A DNA stretch of 64,000 nt from a virus: IMG/VR virus record IMGVR_UViG_3300045522_000058. The stretch is one strand, 5' to 3'. Shown piece by piece: positions 38,631 to 46,864 of this stretch (the stretch's first letter is position 1; every line of letters begins with the position of its first letter). The translations under genes and the position numbers were made by a program. Under the pieces are notes generated by a model, which was not told the origin of the DNA, did not search any database, and saw only the letters and a program-made list of their open reading frames with translations.

Positions 38631-39608
38631 ATGAAAGTAAATATTCGTACTTCTGTATTTGAAACAAATTCAAGTTCCTCTCACGCAGTGAATGTCGATC
38701 CAAGTGAAACATTTGATTTTAGCATTGATAAGGAGAGCTTGCGCAGCGGTGTCCTGCGTGTTGAGTTGCGTTCATTCGGGCAAAAGTGGGAGCGTTTCCG
38801 AACGACGGAAAACAAAGTGGCTTATCTGGCAGCGCAGCTCTGTGCAGAATTGTTAAATAAACAACCGCGTGGCTCTGATGTCAGACACATAGTTGAGAAG
38901 AATGCTCGGGGAGAAAAGCTGGTTGCAGTTCTGGAAAATACACTCGGCTGTAAGGTGGAAATGATCAGGCCAGATATATCCTCAAGTTTTGCTATCTATG
39001 TTGATCATGAATCCGTTGGTGTCGGCATGGATGTTTTTAATAGCGAGGAAGAGTTGAAGGCGTTCTTGTTCTCAAAGAATTCTTATGTGACGACAGGCAA
39101 TGATAATGTCGAGCCTCCGTTTAATATACCAAACGATCTCGGGGAGACTGAGGAATATCATGATTTCAGGTACGAACGGGTCCTTCGTGATGAGACACTG
39201 TTTGAAATGGAAGTAGATGAACATTTTTCTGTTGTTAAGCTGAAAACACCACGCATTGATGTTCTGTTGGATGGTGTAGAATGGCAGGATCAATATAATT
39301 TGAAAGAAGCTATCGATCAGACCACTATTTTGGGTGCCGCAATTAAATGTAGAAACCCCTATAGCGGTGAGAGTCCTAAGGAAAACTTATTTTCGGCATT
39401 GGATGTGTGGCATAAATATCAGGAAAACATGTCAATAAAACTGTACGACAAGGTCACTGTTCAGACGAAAGACCCAGACTACAATGATCCTAACGAAGAC
39501 TTTGAGACAAAAATATTCCTTGAATGCGCTATGTCCGAGGAAAAACTGATGAATTTGGAGCGGGTTGCACTTCAAGTGAGTCAAGAAATTATATCTAGAA
39601 AAATGTAA
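38631..39608 (+). CDS. IRxSVFETNSSSSH-motif protein 1
   Basis: AAGG RBS before MKVNIRTSVFETNSSSSH; K.AYL and LFS..SYV.TG shared with the next gene. Confidence 0.75.
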   Translation: MKVNIRTSVFETNSSSSHAVNVDPSETFDFSIDKESLRSGVLRVELRSFGQKWERFRTTENKVAYLAAQLCAELLNKQPRGSDVRHIVEKNARGEKLVAVLENTLGCKVEMIRPDISSSFAIYVDHESVGVGMDVFNSEEELKAFLFSKNSYVTTGNDNVEPPFNIPNDLGETEEYHDFRYERVLRDETLFEMEVDEHFSVVKLKTPRIDVLLDGVEWQDQYNLKEAIDQTTILGAAIKCRNPYSGESPKENLFSALDVWHKYQENMSIKLYDKVTVQTKDPDYNDPNEDFETKIFLECAMSEEKLMNLERVALQVSQEIISRKM

Positions 39609-39716
39609 TATGCGCTTTATGAACTTAGCGTGAGGTGGCCAGCATTTAATAAGCGACCACCTTTATTATTGACTTTTTGTGTTAAAAATCTGATTTAATC
39701 ACAACGAGAGGTGTTA

Positions 39717-40706
39717 ATGCGTGTATTCATCAGACAGTCAGTATTTGAAACCAATTCAAGCTCTTCGCATGCAACGAATATCGAGCCTGCAGAGTCGATT
39801 AATATTGATTTGTCTCGCTTGGACTTGCGCAACGGTGAGATTGTGGTTGAAATGCGGTACTTCGGTAGTGAATCAAAGCGATATCGTAAATTCAGCAATA
39901 AGCTCGCATATGTTGTTTCGGAGGTCGCTTCCATCGTTTTTCGTGATGAGCTGCCAAAGGAAGGTTCTGATGCAACTAAGGAAATTCTTACGCATCCCGA
40001 TGGCAAACTCATCGCTGATGTCATTAAGGAAGTGACTGGGTGCAATCTTAAGATCATTGCGCCGGAATACTGCTATTACCTTTCTGGAGCGCGGTCTCAA
40101 AATGGCGACGATGCTTATACATGTACTGAGAGCATGAAACGACTTTTGTTTTCAGAAGGCTCTTATGTGCAAACGGGAAGTGATGAGCCGTTCGAGGGCG
40201 TTTTTATCAACACCGATACAGGATTTAATGAGCTGTATTACGCGGATCACTTCACTACTGAGGCAGCTGGTGACGTTGAATTCAAACTCGTGATCAATAA
40301 TCGCTTGAACGAGTTCGGGCTAGTCAGTGAAAATCTTGAAATTGAAGCGCATGTTGAAGATAATCTTCGCAAGATTGATTTTTATTCCAAACTCGACGGG
40401 ATCACAGCCACTTCTGTTAAATTAATTGACGCCAACAAACATGAAAATGACCGGGATGAATACTTAGCGCAGCGCATGGCTCATATCATGATTGCTCATA
40501 TTCGCTACGGTTTACGATACCGGAAAGAGAAGTCGATCTTCAATATACTTGAAGCTGCTTCATTCTCTACAGAAGGAGAATCTATGCGTTATTACGCTGA
40601 GGCAGGCAAGATTGAGTTTTCTTGCGTCGCCAATCGAGAAGTCCTTGAGGCTTTGGAACAAGAGTTCCTTGATCTCTGCTCGCTTAAAAATGGGATGGCA
40701 CTTTAA
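39717..40706 (+). CDS. IRxSVFETNSSSSH-motif protein 2
   Basis: GAGG RBS before MRVFIRQSVFETNSSSSH. Confidence 0.75.
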   Translation: MRVFIRQSVFETNSSSSHATNIEPAESINIDLSRLDLRNGEIVVEMRYFGSESKRYRKFSNKLAYVVSEVASIVFRDELPKEGSDATKEILTHPDGKLIADVIKEVTGCNLKIIAPEYCYYLSGARSQNGDDAYTCTESMKRLLFSEGSYVQTGSDEPFEGVFINTDTGFNELYYADHFTTEAAGDVEFKLVINNRLNEFGLVSENLEIEAHVEDNLRKIDFYSKLDGITATSVKLIDANKHENDRDEYLAQRMAHIMIAHIRYGLRYRKEKSIFNILEAASFSTEGESMRYYAEAGKIEFSCVANREVLEALEQEFLDLCSLKNGMAL

Positions 40707-41581
40707 TGTCGGGAGTAATATCTGAATATCTCAATGGTGGTTACTCAGTTGCCATTCATGAGGATGGTACGAAAATCCGTAAGGAGATCGACGCATCTAT
40801 CGCTCCTGTTTTTCCTGAACAGATGGATCTGAAGATTACCAACTGGTGTGATGCGGGTTGCCATTGGTGCCATGAACACTCGACCAGACGCGGCCGCCAT
40901 GGGGATGTTGATGGAATGCTTAATCTGCTGTCCAAACTGCCTGCAGGTGTCGAGATTGCGATTGGCGGCGGTGATCCTCTCTCTCATCCGGAATTCGAGC
41001 GCTTGGTAAGAGGCCTGCGCCGCTTTGGCTTGATCCCGAGCGTAACCGTCAATGGACGTCATCTTGCCCGTCACTTGCCTCTCCTGAAGCGTCTTACGGA
41101 CGAAAAGATCGTGTTCGGTGTCGGTGTTTCGTTCTTCGAGAAACTGCCTGATTGGGATTATGAGAACCTGGTCGTTCATATGATCGCGGGCGTTGATGAT
41201 CCGGCCGTACTCGATGGAGCGTCTGCACGTAAACTGCTCATCCTCGGATACAAGAATTTTGGCCGTGGGGTCAAATTCCGTAATAAGCAGTCTGAAAAGG
41301 TTCAGTCTAACATCGACCAGTGGTATCGAGAGCTAATCTGGATGGTCAAAGAGCATCGGATTTCATTTGATACCCTTGCTATCAGCCTATTGAAGCCAAA
41401 TCGTTTATTCAAATCTCAGGATGTATACGCTCAACGGTTTATGGGTGAAGAAGGCCAGTTTTCTATGTATGTAGACGGCGTTGAGCAAAAATATGCAATT
41501 TCATCATATTCAGATGAGCGGGAAAATTGGTCAGAAATTGAGAAAATGTTTGCGAATGTTCGCTCCAAATCGAAGGCGTAA
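40706..41581 (+). CDS. Radical SAM enzyme
   Basis: CDAGCHWCHE (CxxxCxxC), IAIGGGDPL and TVNG; coupled to the upstream gene through TAATG. Confidence 0.9.
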   Translation: MSGVISEYLNGGYSVAIHEDGTKIRKEIDASIAPVFPEQMDLKITNWCDAGCHWCHEHSTRRGRHGDVDGMLNLLSKLPAGVEIAIGGGDPLSHPEFERLVRGLRRFGLIPSVTVNGRHLARHLPLLKRLTDEKIVFGVGVSFFEKLPDWDYENLVVHMIAGVDDPAVLDGASARKLLILGYKNFGRGVKFRNKQSEKVQSNIDQWYRELIWMVKEHRISFDTLAISLLKPNRLFKSQDVYAQRFMGEEGQFSMYVDGVEQKYAISSYSDERENWSEIEKMFANVRSKSKA

Positions 41582-41714
41582 TTAAGCGAAATACGCCTTA
41601 TATAATCGTTTACGCGTCATATTTTATAAATAAATGATTATTCGTTGACGGACACGCATAATTGCATGAGAATTTAATGGTTATTCCAAATTTATTTTCG
41701 GAAAGGCCATTTCA

Positions 41715-42608
41715 ATGCTTCATTCGACGCCTGCGTATTGTCGCGGATTTACGCGGCCGATTTTTAAAGGGCGCACACCTGCTCCTTCTAAAAAAGAGAT
41801 CTTTACCGGATGGTCATGGTTTGAGAATTTTCTATCCGAACGAGGTGAATTTGGTCGAAAGCAGTACGATTTATGGGAGAAGCGTCGAGGTAAAACTGAA
41901 AACTGGGCTGAGTTGATGGATGGTTTTCGTAAACTGGAACACCGGATTCTATATAAGCTCAATATTGTTGACGTGGACAATGCGATAGCCAAGACAACGC
42001 ATTCTTTGGGGAATTTAGAAAAATCATGTTCTAAATTTGATAATATTCATAATTATTCCCCTCCTGTTCCCCTTGTTTATATTTTTCATTCAATACTGGA
42101 AAAATTAGGGCGCGTTCCTCTATGGATTGATGTTCAAAGGTATCTGTTTGGCGAGATGCGGAGTCTATGCTGGATTCCGTTTTGCAGAAGTCGAAATCTA
42201 GACCCTTCCCTCCCTGTTATAACTCATGACAAAAGAATCCTTGATGCTTTTCAATGGCGTATAGGAAATGCTTATTATTCCTGGTTGCGCGAAATAGACC
42301 TGCTTACATATCTGCGGAGGAAACATAAACTTGATCTACGATATCATTTTCTAGTCGATGCAGAATGGCGTGCGGATTTTGTCGCTGGTCGAATTTTGCT
42401 TGAGCTTTATATTAAGAATCGCGAATTCAAGGATGATGGCAGTGGTCGCAAGCTCACATGTGAGAAAATGAACGAAGGTTATAAAGTACTTCCAATTAAA
42501 ATGGAGGTTAGGCCCGCATTTGGGAAGCCGTGGCTGGTTTCTGATGAATGTAAACTTAAAATTGCTAGTGAACTTATAATAAAAGGATGTGAACGTGTTC
42601 ATCATTAA
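41715..42608 (+). CDS. Putative PD-(D/E)XK nuclease-like protein
   Basis: YYSWLRE, DAEWRADFV...LELYIKN; weak motif call. Confidence 0.45.
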   Translation: MLHSTPAYCRGFTRPIFKGRTPAPSKKEIFTGWSWFENFLSERGEFGRKQYDLWEKRRGKTENWAELMDGFRKLEHRILYKLNIVDVDNAIAKTTHSLGNLEKSCSKFDNIHNYSPPVPLVYIFHSILEKLGRVPLWIDVQRYLFGEMRSLCWIPFCRSRNLDPSLPVITHDKRILDAFQWRIGNAYYSWLREIDLLTYLRRKHKLDLRYHFLVDAEWRADFVAGRILLELYIKNREFKDDGSGRKLTCEKMNEGYKVLPIKMEVRPAFGKPWLVSDECKLKIASELIIKGCERVHH

Positions 42609-43389
42609 AGATATTAAATGGTTGGTTAAAGCGTGGAAAGATTTAATCAATTCTAAAGACAAGGTTAGAGTGTATGATTCCTATGCAACATATATGTATA
42701 TTAGTACTATAAATTTTTTAGTGTTCAAAAGCGCTTGGTTATTTCCTGCATTATTATTGTTTTGGTATCCGGCATACTATTTTGGGGGCAATGCTTGGGC
42801 GATTTATAAAATTGGCATGATAATTTCAATATCACTTACGATTATTTTGGCAGGTAGTCAAAAATTTGTTGAGGCTGACATTAATTCAGTTGTAGAGATA
42901 AAAGCCATTAATGGTCCAAAGACCATATCTTATATTTACTGGGTTGTTATGGCTTTGATATCATCTGTTTTTTTACCAATTAACGATGATTACAATATCG
43001 GAAAGCACATTCTTGGAGAATATTCTGAAGGAATACGGCTTTTGATTGCTGGTGTAATTCTTTTTGTCGGGTCATTTCTAAATTTGTGGGCTTCAAATTT
43101 AAAAAAAATAAGATATTGGGGTAAAATTGAGGCCATTTGGATTGATGCTATATATATAGGTTTAGCCGCGTTGGCTGTTTTGCTTAAGCTGTACATAGAT
43201 TCAGTTGATGAATATGAGAGAAATGCTTCTGTAATATATAAGAATGTAATGCCTTTTATATTAATGTTTGTGTTGGGTTTTAGGTTGATCAAGACCATCA
43301 TAGATTTTCAGATGGAATACAAAGCAAAATTCGTCAATATAAAAAGAAATAAGAAATCAAAAGGAATTCGTATTTTGGATTGTGAGTGA
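42589..43389 (+). CDS. Multi-pass membrane protein (very AT-rich)
   Basis: About six hydrophobic segments; overlaps the upstream gene. Confidence 0.65.
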   Translation: MNVFIIKDIKWLVKAWKDLINSKDKVRVYDSYATYMYISTINFLVFKSAWLFPALLLFWYPAYYFGGNAWAIYKIGMIISISLTIILAGSQKFVEADINSVVEIKAINGPKTISYIYWVVMALISSVFLPINDDYNIGKHILGEYSEGIRLLIAGVILFVGSFLNLWASNLKKIRYWGKIEAIWIDAIYIGLAALAVLLKLYIDSVDEYERNASVIYKNVMPFILMFVLGFRLIKTIIDFQMEYKAKFVNIKRNKKSKGIRILDCE

Positions 43390-43396
43390 AATATTA

Positions 43397-43999
43397 TTAA
43401 CTTATTTTGAACTCACTAGAATTCCGGCCGATCAACTGATTTATTGTGTCATCTGTTTCTGTGTATCCAGGCGAACTCACCTGCCAGCCAGTCATGTCGA
43501 GTATCGGGACGCCTATTGCATCCGCTGCTTTCCTTATCAGTGCCAATCGTTCGCCTGTCTGATCCATATCGTCATCTTCATATCCGATTGCGACTATGTT
43601 GGTCTTCGCGATGGAACCTTCTATGAAAATCTCGTCATTTGTTCCGAATGTTCGTGTTCTTCGCATCTCAATTTTTTTTAAGATGGGATCAATGGGGTTG
43701 CCTGCCTTGGTCGCGTTCTTGATAGCCTGTGTCAGGTAATAGGTTTCGCTTGAGCTAAGTGAATGCAAGGGGGCTTCGACGGTTGAGATGTCGATGATCA
43801 AACACGGTTCGCGATGATGATCTTCGTCTGGGTTCCAGAGCATAGGCTCTTTGCAACCTGAGATGCCCTTTATAAACCGCTTCTCATCGAAAACGTAATG
43901 CGTCCAGTACGGCTTCATGACGCCAGACTTTTCCAAGCGCTGCAGGCGTTCGATAGATGTCCAGTGATAAAGGTATCTGTTATCTGGTGATGTGGCCAT
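43397..43999 (-). CDS. ADP-ribosyltransferase-fold protein, putative
   Basis: YLYHWTS..RL..L.KSG.M...GIS...DEIFIEG.I. Confidence 0.45.
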   Translation of the reverse strand: MATSPDNRYLYHWTSIERLQRLEKSGVMKPYWTHYVFDEKRFIKGISGCKEPMLWNPDEDHHREPCLIIDISTVEAPLHSLSSSETYYLTQAIKNATKAGNPIDPILKKIEMRRTRTFGTNDEIFIEGSIAKTNIVAIGYEDDDMDQTGERLALIRKAADAIGVPILDMTGWQVSSPGYTETDDTINQLIGRNSSEFKIS

Positions 44000-44170
44000 G
44001 GTACCTGCTCAGTCCGATTTTCCATATTAAATAGCAGTTTGATGAAAGAGTCTTCTGCTCATTGTCGCAATCTTTTCGTATCTTATAAAGGAGTCGTAGC
44101 GGTTATCAGGACTTATACTAAAGCTGTTGTGGTTTTGATGGAAAAAGTTCATAAAATTGATTTTTAAGGC

Positions 44171-44200
44171 TTGACCACACATTGCATTATGCAATATGGT
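44171..44200 (+). promoter_or_regulatory. Promoter with palindromic operator 1
   Basis: TTGACC (-35), ATTGCA-TTA-TGCAAT (44181-44195), TATGGT (-10). Confidence 0.6.
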
Positions 44201-44206
44201 CATCTC

Positions 44207-44271
44207 AACGAACTCCCTGCCTTGGGTTATCCTTTGAAATGATGTCCCCCATGGCGCTCAACGCGTTCGTT
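44207..44271 (+). ncRNA. Mini Y-like RNA 1
   Basis: AACGAAC..GCCTTGGG TTATC..GAT..CCCATGGC..GCGTTCGTT rod; near-copy at 44794. Confidence 0.7.
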
Positions 44272-44275
44272 ACCT

Positions 44276-44443
44276 GATTTCTGTGCTGGACCGAACTCCT
44301 GATGTTCGATTATCCAAGCAGTCGGTCGTGAGTTCGAGTCTCACCTTCCGCTTCACTATGCGGGAGTAGCTCAGTTGGTAGAGCAACAGCCATAGGCGTA
44401 AGCCTGATCGATATCGCCCCGCGTTCGTTCCAGCACAGAAATT
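44276..44443 (+). ncRNA. yrlA: YrlA-type Y RNA 1 (circularly permuted tRNA-like domain)
   Basis: Terminal stem ATTTCTGTGCTGGA.CGAAC / GTTCG.TCCAGCACAGAAAT. Inside, T-arm GTGAG-TTCGAGT-CTCAC comes first, then closed acceptor CTTCCGC / GCGGGAG, then D-arm GCTC-AGTTGGTA-GAGC. Confidence 0.9.
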
Positions 44444-44463
44444 AGCCTCTAGTCGAGGCTTTT
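44444..44463 (+). terminator. Intrinsic terminator after YrlA 1
   Basis: AGCCTC-TAGTC-GAGGCT-TTT. Confidence 0.65.
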
Positions 44464-44661
44464 CACTATAAAATCTTCCCAATCGTCATCTGGTGTTTCT
44501 CTGATACTGACCCCCTGAGGCAGTTTATAGACGCAGTCGTTATCGTGCTGAAGATTTTTTATAAGTTGCTTGCACGCCTCCATTTTGTCCGCATTTGCAT
44601 TAACAAGATAAATGTCGTCCTTAAAATAAGCTTCCCAAACAGCGCTCATGATATTCTCCAT
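44449..44661 (-). CDS. Small hypothetical protein between the two Y RNA cassettes
   Basis: GGAG RBS before MSAVWEAY (alternative start 44649). Confidence 0.5.
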   Translation of the reverse strand: MENIMSAVWEAYFKDDIYLVNANADKMEACKQLIKNLQHDNDCVYKLPQGVSIRETPDDDWEDFIVKSLD

Positions 44662-44743
44662 TTAATTTAACCACTAAAATTATAACGGGAATTCGGTCGG
44701 CGATAATAAAAACATAAATTTTAGAAATTAATTATTTTACCTC

Positions 44744-44773
44744 TTGCGCGATATTGCAAAATGCAATATCAAT
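44744..44773 (+). promoter_or_regulatory. Promoter with palindromic operator 2
   Basis: TTGCGC (-35), perfect GATATTGCA-AAA-TGCAATATC (44750-44770). Confidence 0.6.
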
Positions 44774-44793
44774 ATGTGTATAGCTTGATGAAA

Positions 44794-44857
44794 GCGAACT
44801 CCCTGCCTTGGGTTATCACTCATTATGATTAGCTCCCATGGCGCATAACGCGTTCGT
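44794..44857 (+). ncRNA. Mini Y-like RNA 2
   Basis: GCGAACTCCCTGCCTTGGGTTATC...CCCATGGCGCATAACGCGTTCGT; stems match copy 1 while the loop differs. Confidence 0.7.
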
Positions 44858-45027
44858 TTCGTCGGTTTACAGAGTGTGCGAAATCCTTGGCTTTCGGTTA
44901 TCGCATTTCCAGCGGGTAACACAGGTTCGAATCCTGTTCTCCGTCATATGATGGAGGTCGTCTAGTGGTTAGGACGCCTAAAACATCGATGCCTACAACG
45001 CATTCGCACACTCTGTAAGTTGACGAG
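44858..45027 (+). ncRNA. yrlA: YrlA-type Y RNA 2
   Basis: Terminal stem GTCGGTTTACAGAGTGTGCGAA / TTCGCACACTCTGTAAGTTGAC; T-arm ACAGG-TTCGAAT-CCTGT, acceptor CTCCGTC / GATGGAG, D-arm GTCT-AGTGGTT-AGGAC. Confidence 0.9.
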
Positions 45028-45059
45028 ACTTCGCAAACCAAATTGAAAGGTTTGAAATC

Positions 45060-46640
45060 ATGTCTTATGCAACTCTCGTCCGTAAGGATTTAATCCCTCA
45101 GTCTGAGCCGCTCGATGCTCGCCAGGTCAAGAACAATGCTGGTGGCTTTGTTTATGAACTCGATATCTGGGGACGACTTCATCGTTTTCTTATTCTTGGT
45201 TCTGATGCTCAGACTTATTATCAGTCTGCTCATGATCTGACCCGCGAGAATGCTGCCGTTATCGATCAGTGCTGGTCGGTTGACCATGTTCGTACCGCAC
45301 AGGCTGTTGCCGATATTTCTGTAGCTGGTCGTGCGCCTAAGAACAGCCCTGCTATTTTCGCACTTGCGATGGGGACCTTGTCCGAGAATGTTGATGCACG
45401 TCGTGCTGCTCTCGCAGCTGTCGATCAGGTTTGCCGCACGGCATCGCACCTATTTGAGTTTGCGTCTATTCTTGATGCTCTCGGTCGCGGCTTTGGTCGT
45501 TCGGTTCAGCGTACTTTTCAGAACTGGTATGAGACTCGTCCGGTCGACAAGCTTGGATATCAGATGTCCAAGTATCGTGAGCGCTTCGATTATTCTCATG
45601 AGCGTCTGATCAAGCGTTCTCGTCCGAAGGCGGCAGATGGCGATGCACAGCGTGTTGCTCTCTATCGTTGGGCTATTGGTCGCGATCACGATGCTGGTGC
45701 GCTTCCTGATGTCGTTGTCGGCCATCTGGCTGCAATGAAGGCAGAAAATGCATCCGAGCTGATCCCTCTCATCGAGAAGTATCGTCTGACCTGGGAGGCT
45801 GTTCCGACATGGGCGCTCAAGGATGAGAAGGTTTGGGAGGCCCTGTTGCCGAACCTTGGTCTGACGGCTCTCTTGCGTAACTTGTCCACTCTGACTTCTG
45901 TTGGTGTGATCAAGCCTCTTGGTAAGCATAATGCACTCGTCGAGGATCGCCTCACTGATGCAAAGCAGATCAAGGAGGCTCGTGTGCATCCGTATGCGAT
46001 CCTTCAGGGGCTGACAGCCTACGGCATGGGCAAGGCCCTCAAGGGTAATCGTACATGGTCTCCGGTAGAGACGGTAAAGGATGCATTGGATGATGCTTTC
46101 TATAAGGCGTTCGACAATGTGGTCCCGACTGGGAAGCGTCACTTACTGGCGTTGGATGTGTCTGGTTCCATGGCGAGTTCGATGATCGGGGGTATCGTTA
46201 GTGCGCGTGCGGCCTCGGCAGCTATGTCTTTGGTAACGGCGCGTACTGAGGAGCAGCATCACTTCGTTGGTTTTACGGGCGGTATCACGCCACTCGACAT
46301 TACTGCGAAGATGAGTCTGCCAGAGGTTACGAGGACGATCAGCAATCTGCCGTTCCAGAGTACTGACTGCGCTCAGCCGATGCTTTATGCACTGAAAAAG
46401 GGTCTCGAAGTGGATGCCTTTGTCATCTATACGGACAACGACACTTGGGCTGGTAAGATCCATCCTATGGAGGCTCTCAAGCGTTACCGCAAGGAGACAG
46501 GTATTAACGCGAAGCTTGTTGTTGCAGGCATGACGTCTACGGGCTTCTCTATTGCCGATCCAAAGGATACAGGTTCACTCGATATCGTTGGTTTCGACAG
46601 CAGTGCAGTCTCGGTTATGGGAGATTTTGTTCGCTCGTGA
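45060..46640 (+). CDS. rsr: Ro60/Rsr TROVE-domain RNA-binding protein
   Basis: QVKNNAGGFV, RFLILGS, CRTASHLFEF, ALLRNL, ARVHP; vWA domain LDVSGSM, TDCAQPM, FVIYTDNDTW, GFSIADP and VGFD. Confidence 0.95.
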   Translation: MSYATLVRKDLIPQSEPLDARQVKNNAGGFVYELDIWGRLHRFLILGSDAQTYYQSAHDLTRENAAVIDQCWSVDHVRTAQAVADISVAGRAPKNSPAIFALAMGTLSENVDARRAALAAVDQVCRTASHLFEFASILDALGRGFGRSVQRTFQNWYETRPVDKLGYQMSKYRERFDYSHERLIKRSRPKAADGDAQRVALYRWAIGRDHDAGALPDVVVGHLAAMKAENASELIPLIEKYRLTWEAVPTWALKDEKVWEALLPNLGLTALLRNLSTLTSVGVIKPLGKHNALVEDRLTDAKQIKEARVHPYAILQGLTAYGMGKALKGNRTWSPVETVKDALDDAFYKAFDNVVPTGKRHLLALDVSGSMASSMIGGIVSARAASAAMSLVTARTEEQHHFVGFTGGITPLDITAKMSLPEVTRTISNLPFQSTDCAQPMLYALKKGLEVDAFVIYTDNDTWAGKIHPMEALKRYRKETGINAKLVVAGMTSTGFSIADPKDTGSLDIVGFDSSAVSVMGDFVRS

Positions 46641-46864
46641 TCGACAATAACGTGCCTTCGCATCCGCATCCAGATCCTGTAGGCTTCCTTCGCGAATGGA
46701 GGAAGCCTGTGGTTATGTCGTTGCGTGATTACAATGGTAATGAATTGGCAGTTGTCTTAGCGAAAAACAGTCTGATCAAACAAATTATTGATGACGAACT
46801 ATCCGTGGTATTCAGAACAGGTGCCGTTCTTCGCGTGTACGTATGGAAAGCCAAACCTGAATGA
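46637..46864 (+). CDS. Small hypothetical protein coupled to Ro60
   Basis: GTGA overlap with the Ro60 stop, GGGAG RBS, and 4-nt overlap with the next gene. Confidence 0.5.
   Translation: MIDNNVPSHPHPDPVGFLREWRKPVVMSLRDYNGNELAVVLAKNSLIKQIIDDELSVVFRTGAVLRVYVWKAKPE

Noticed and set aside
44207-44857. CRISPR-like repeats
   Set aside because: There are only two copies about 590 bp apart, no regular spacers and no cas genes. No array was seen anywhere in the window.
44320-44975. tRNA genes suggested by TTCGA T-loops and D-loops
   Set aside because: The T-arm precedes the D-arm, the acceptor stem is closed by a loop, and there is no anticodon loop or CCA end. These are YrlA-type permuted domains.
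45090-46463. Several minus-strand ORFs over Ro60 (similar ones lie over nadE, thrS, ygiC and dnaK)
   Set aside because: They are shadow frames of well-supported genes.
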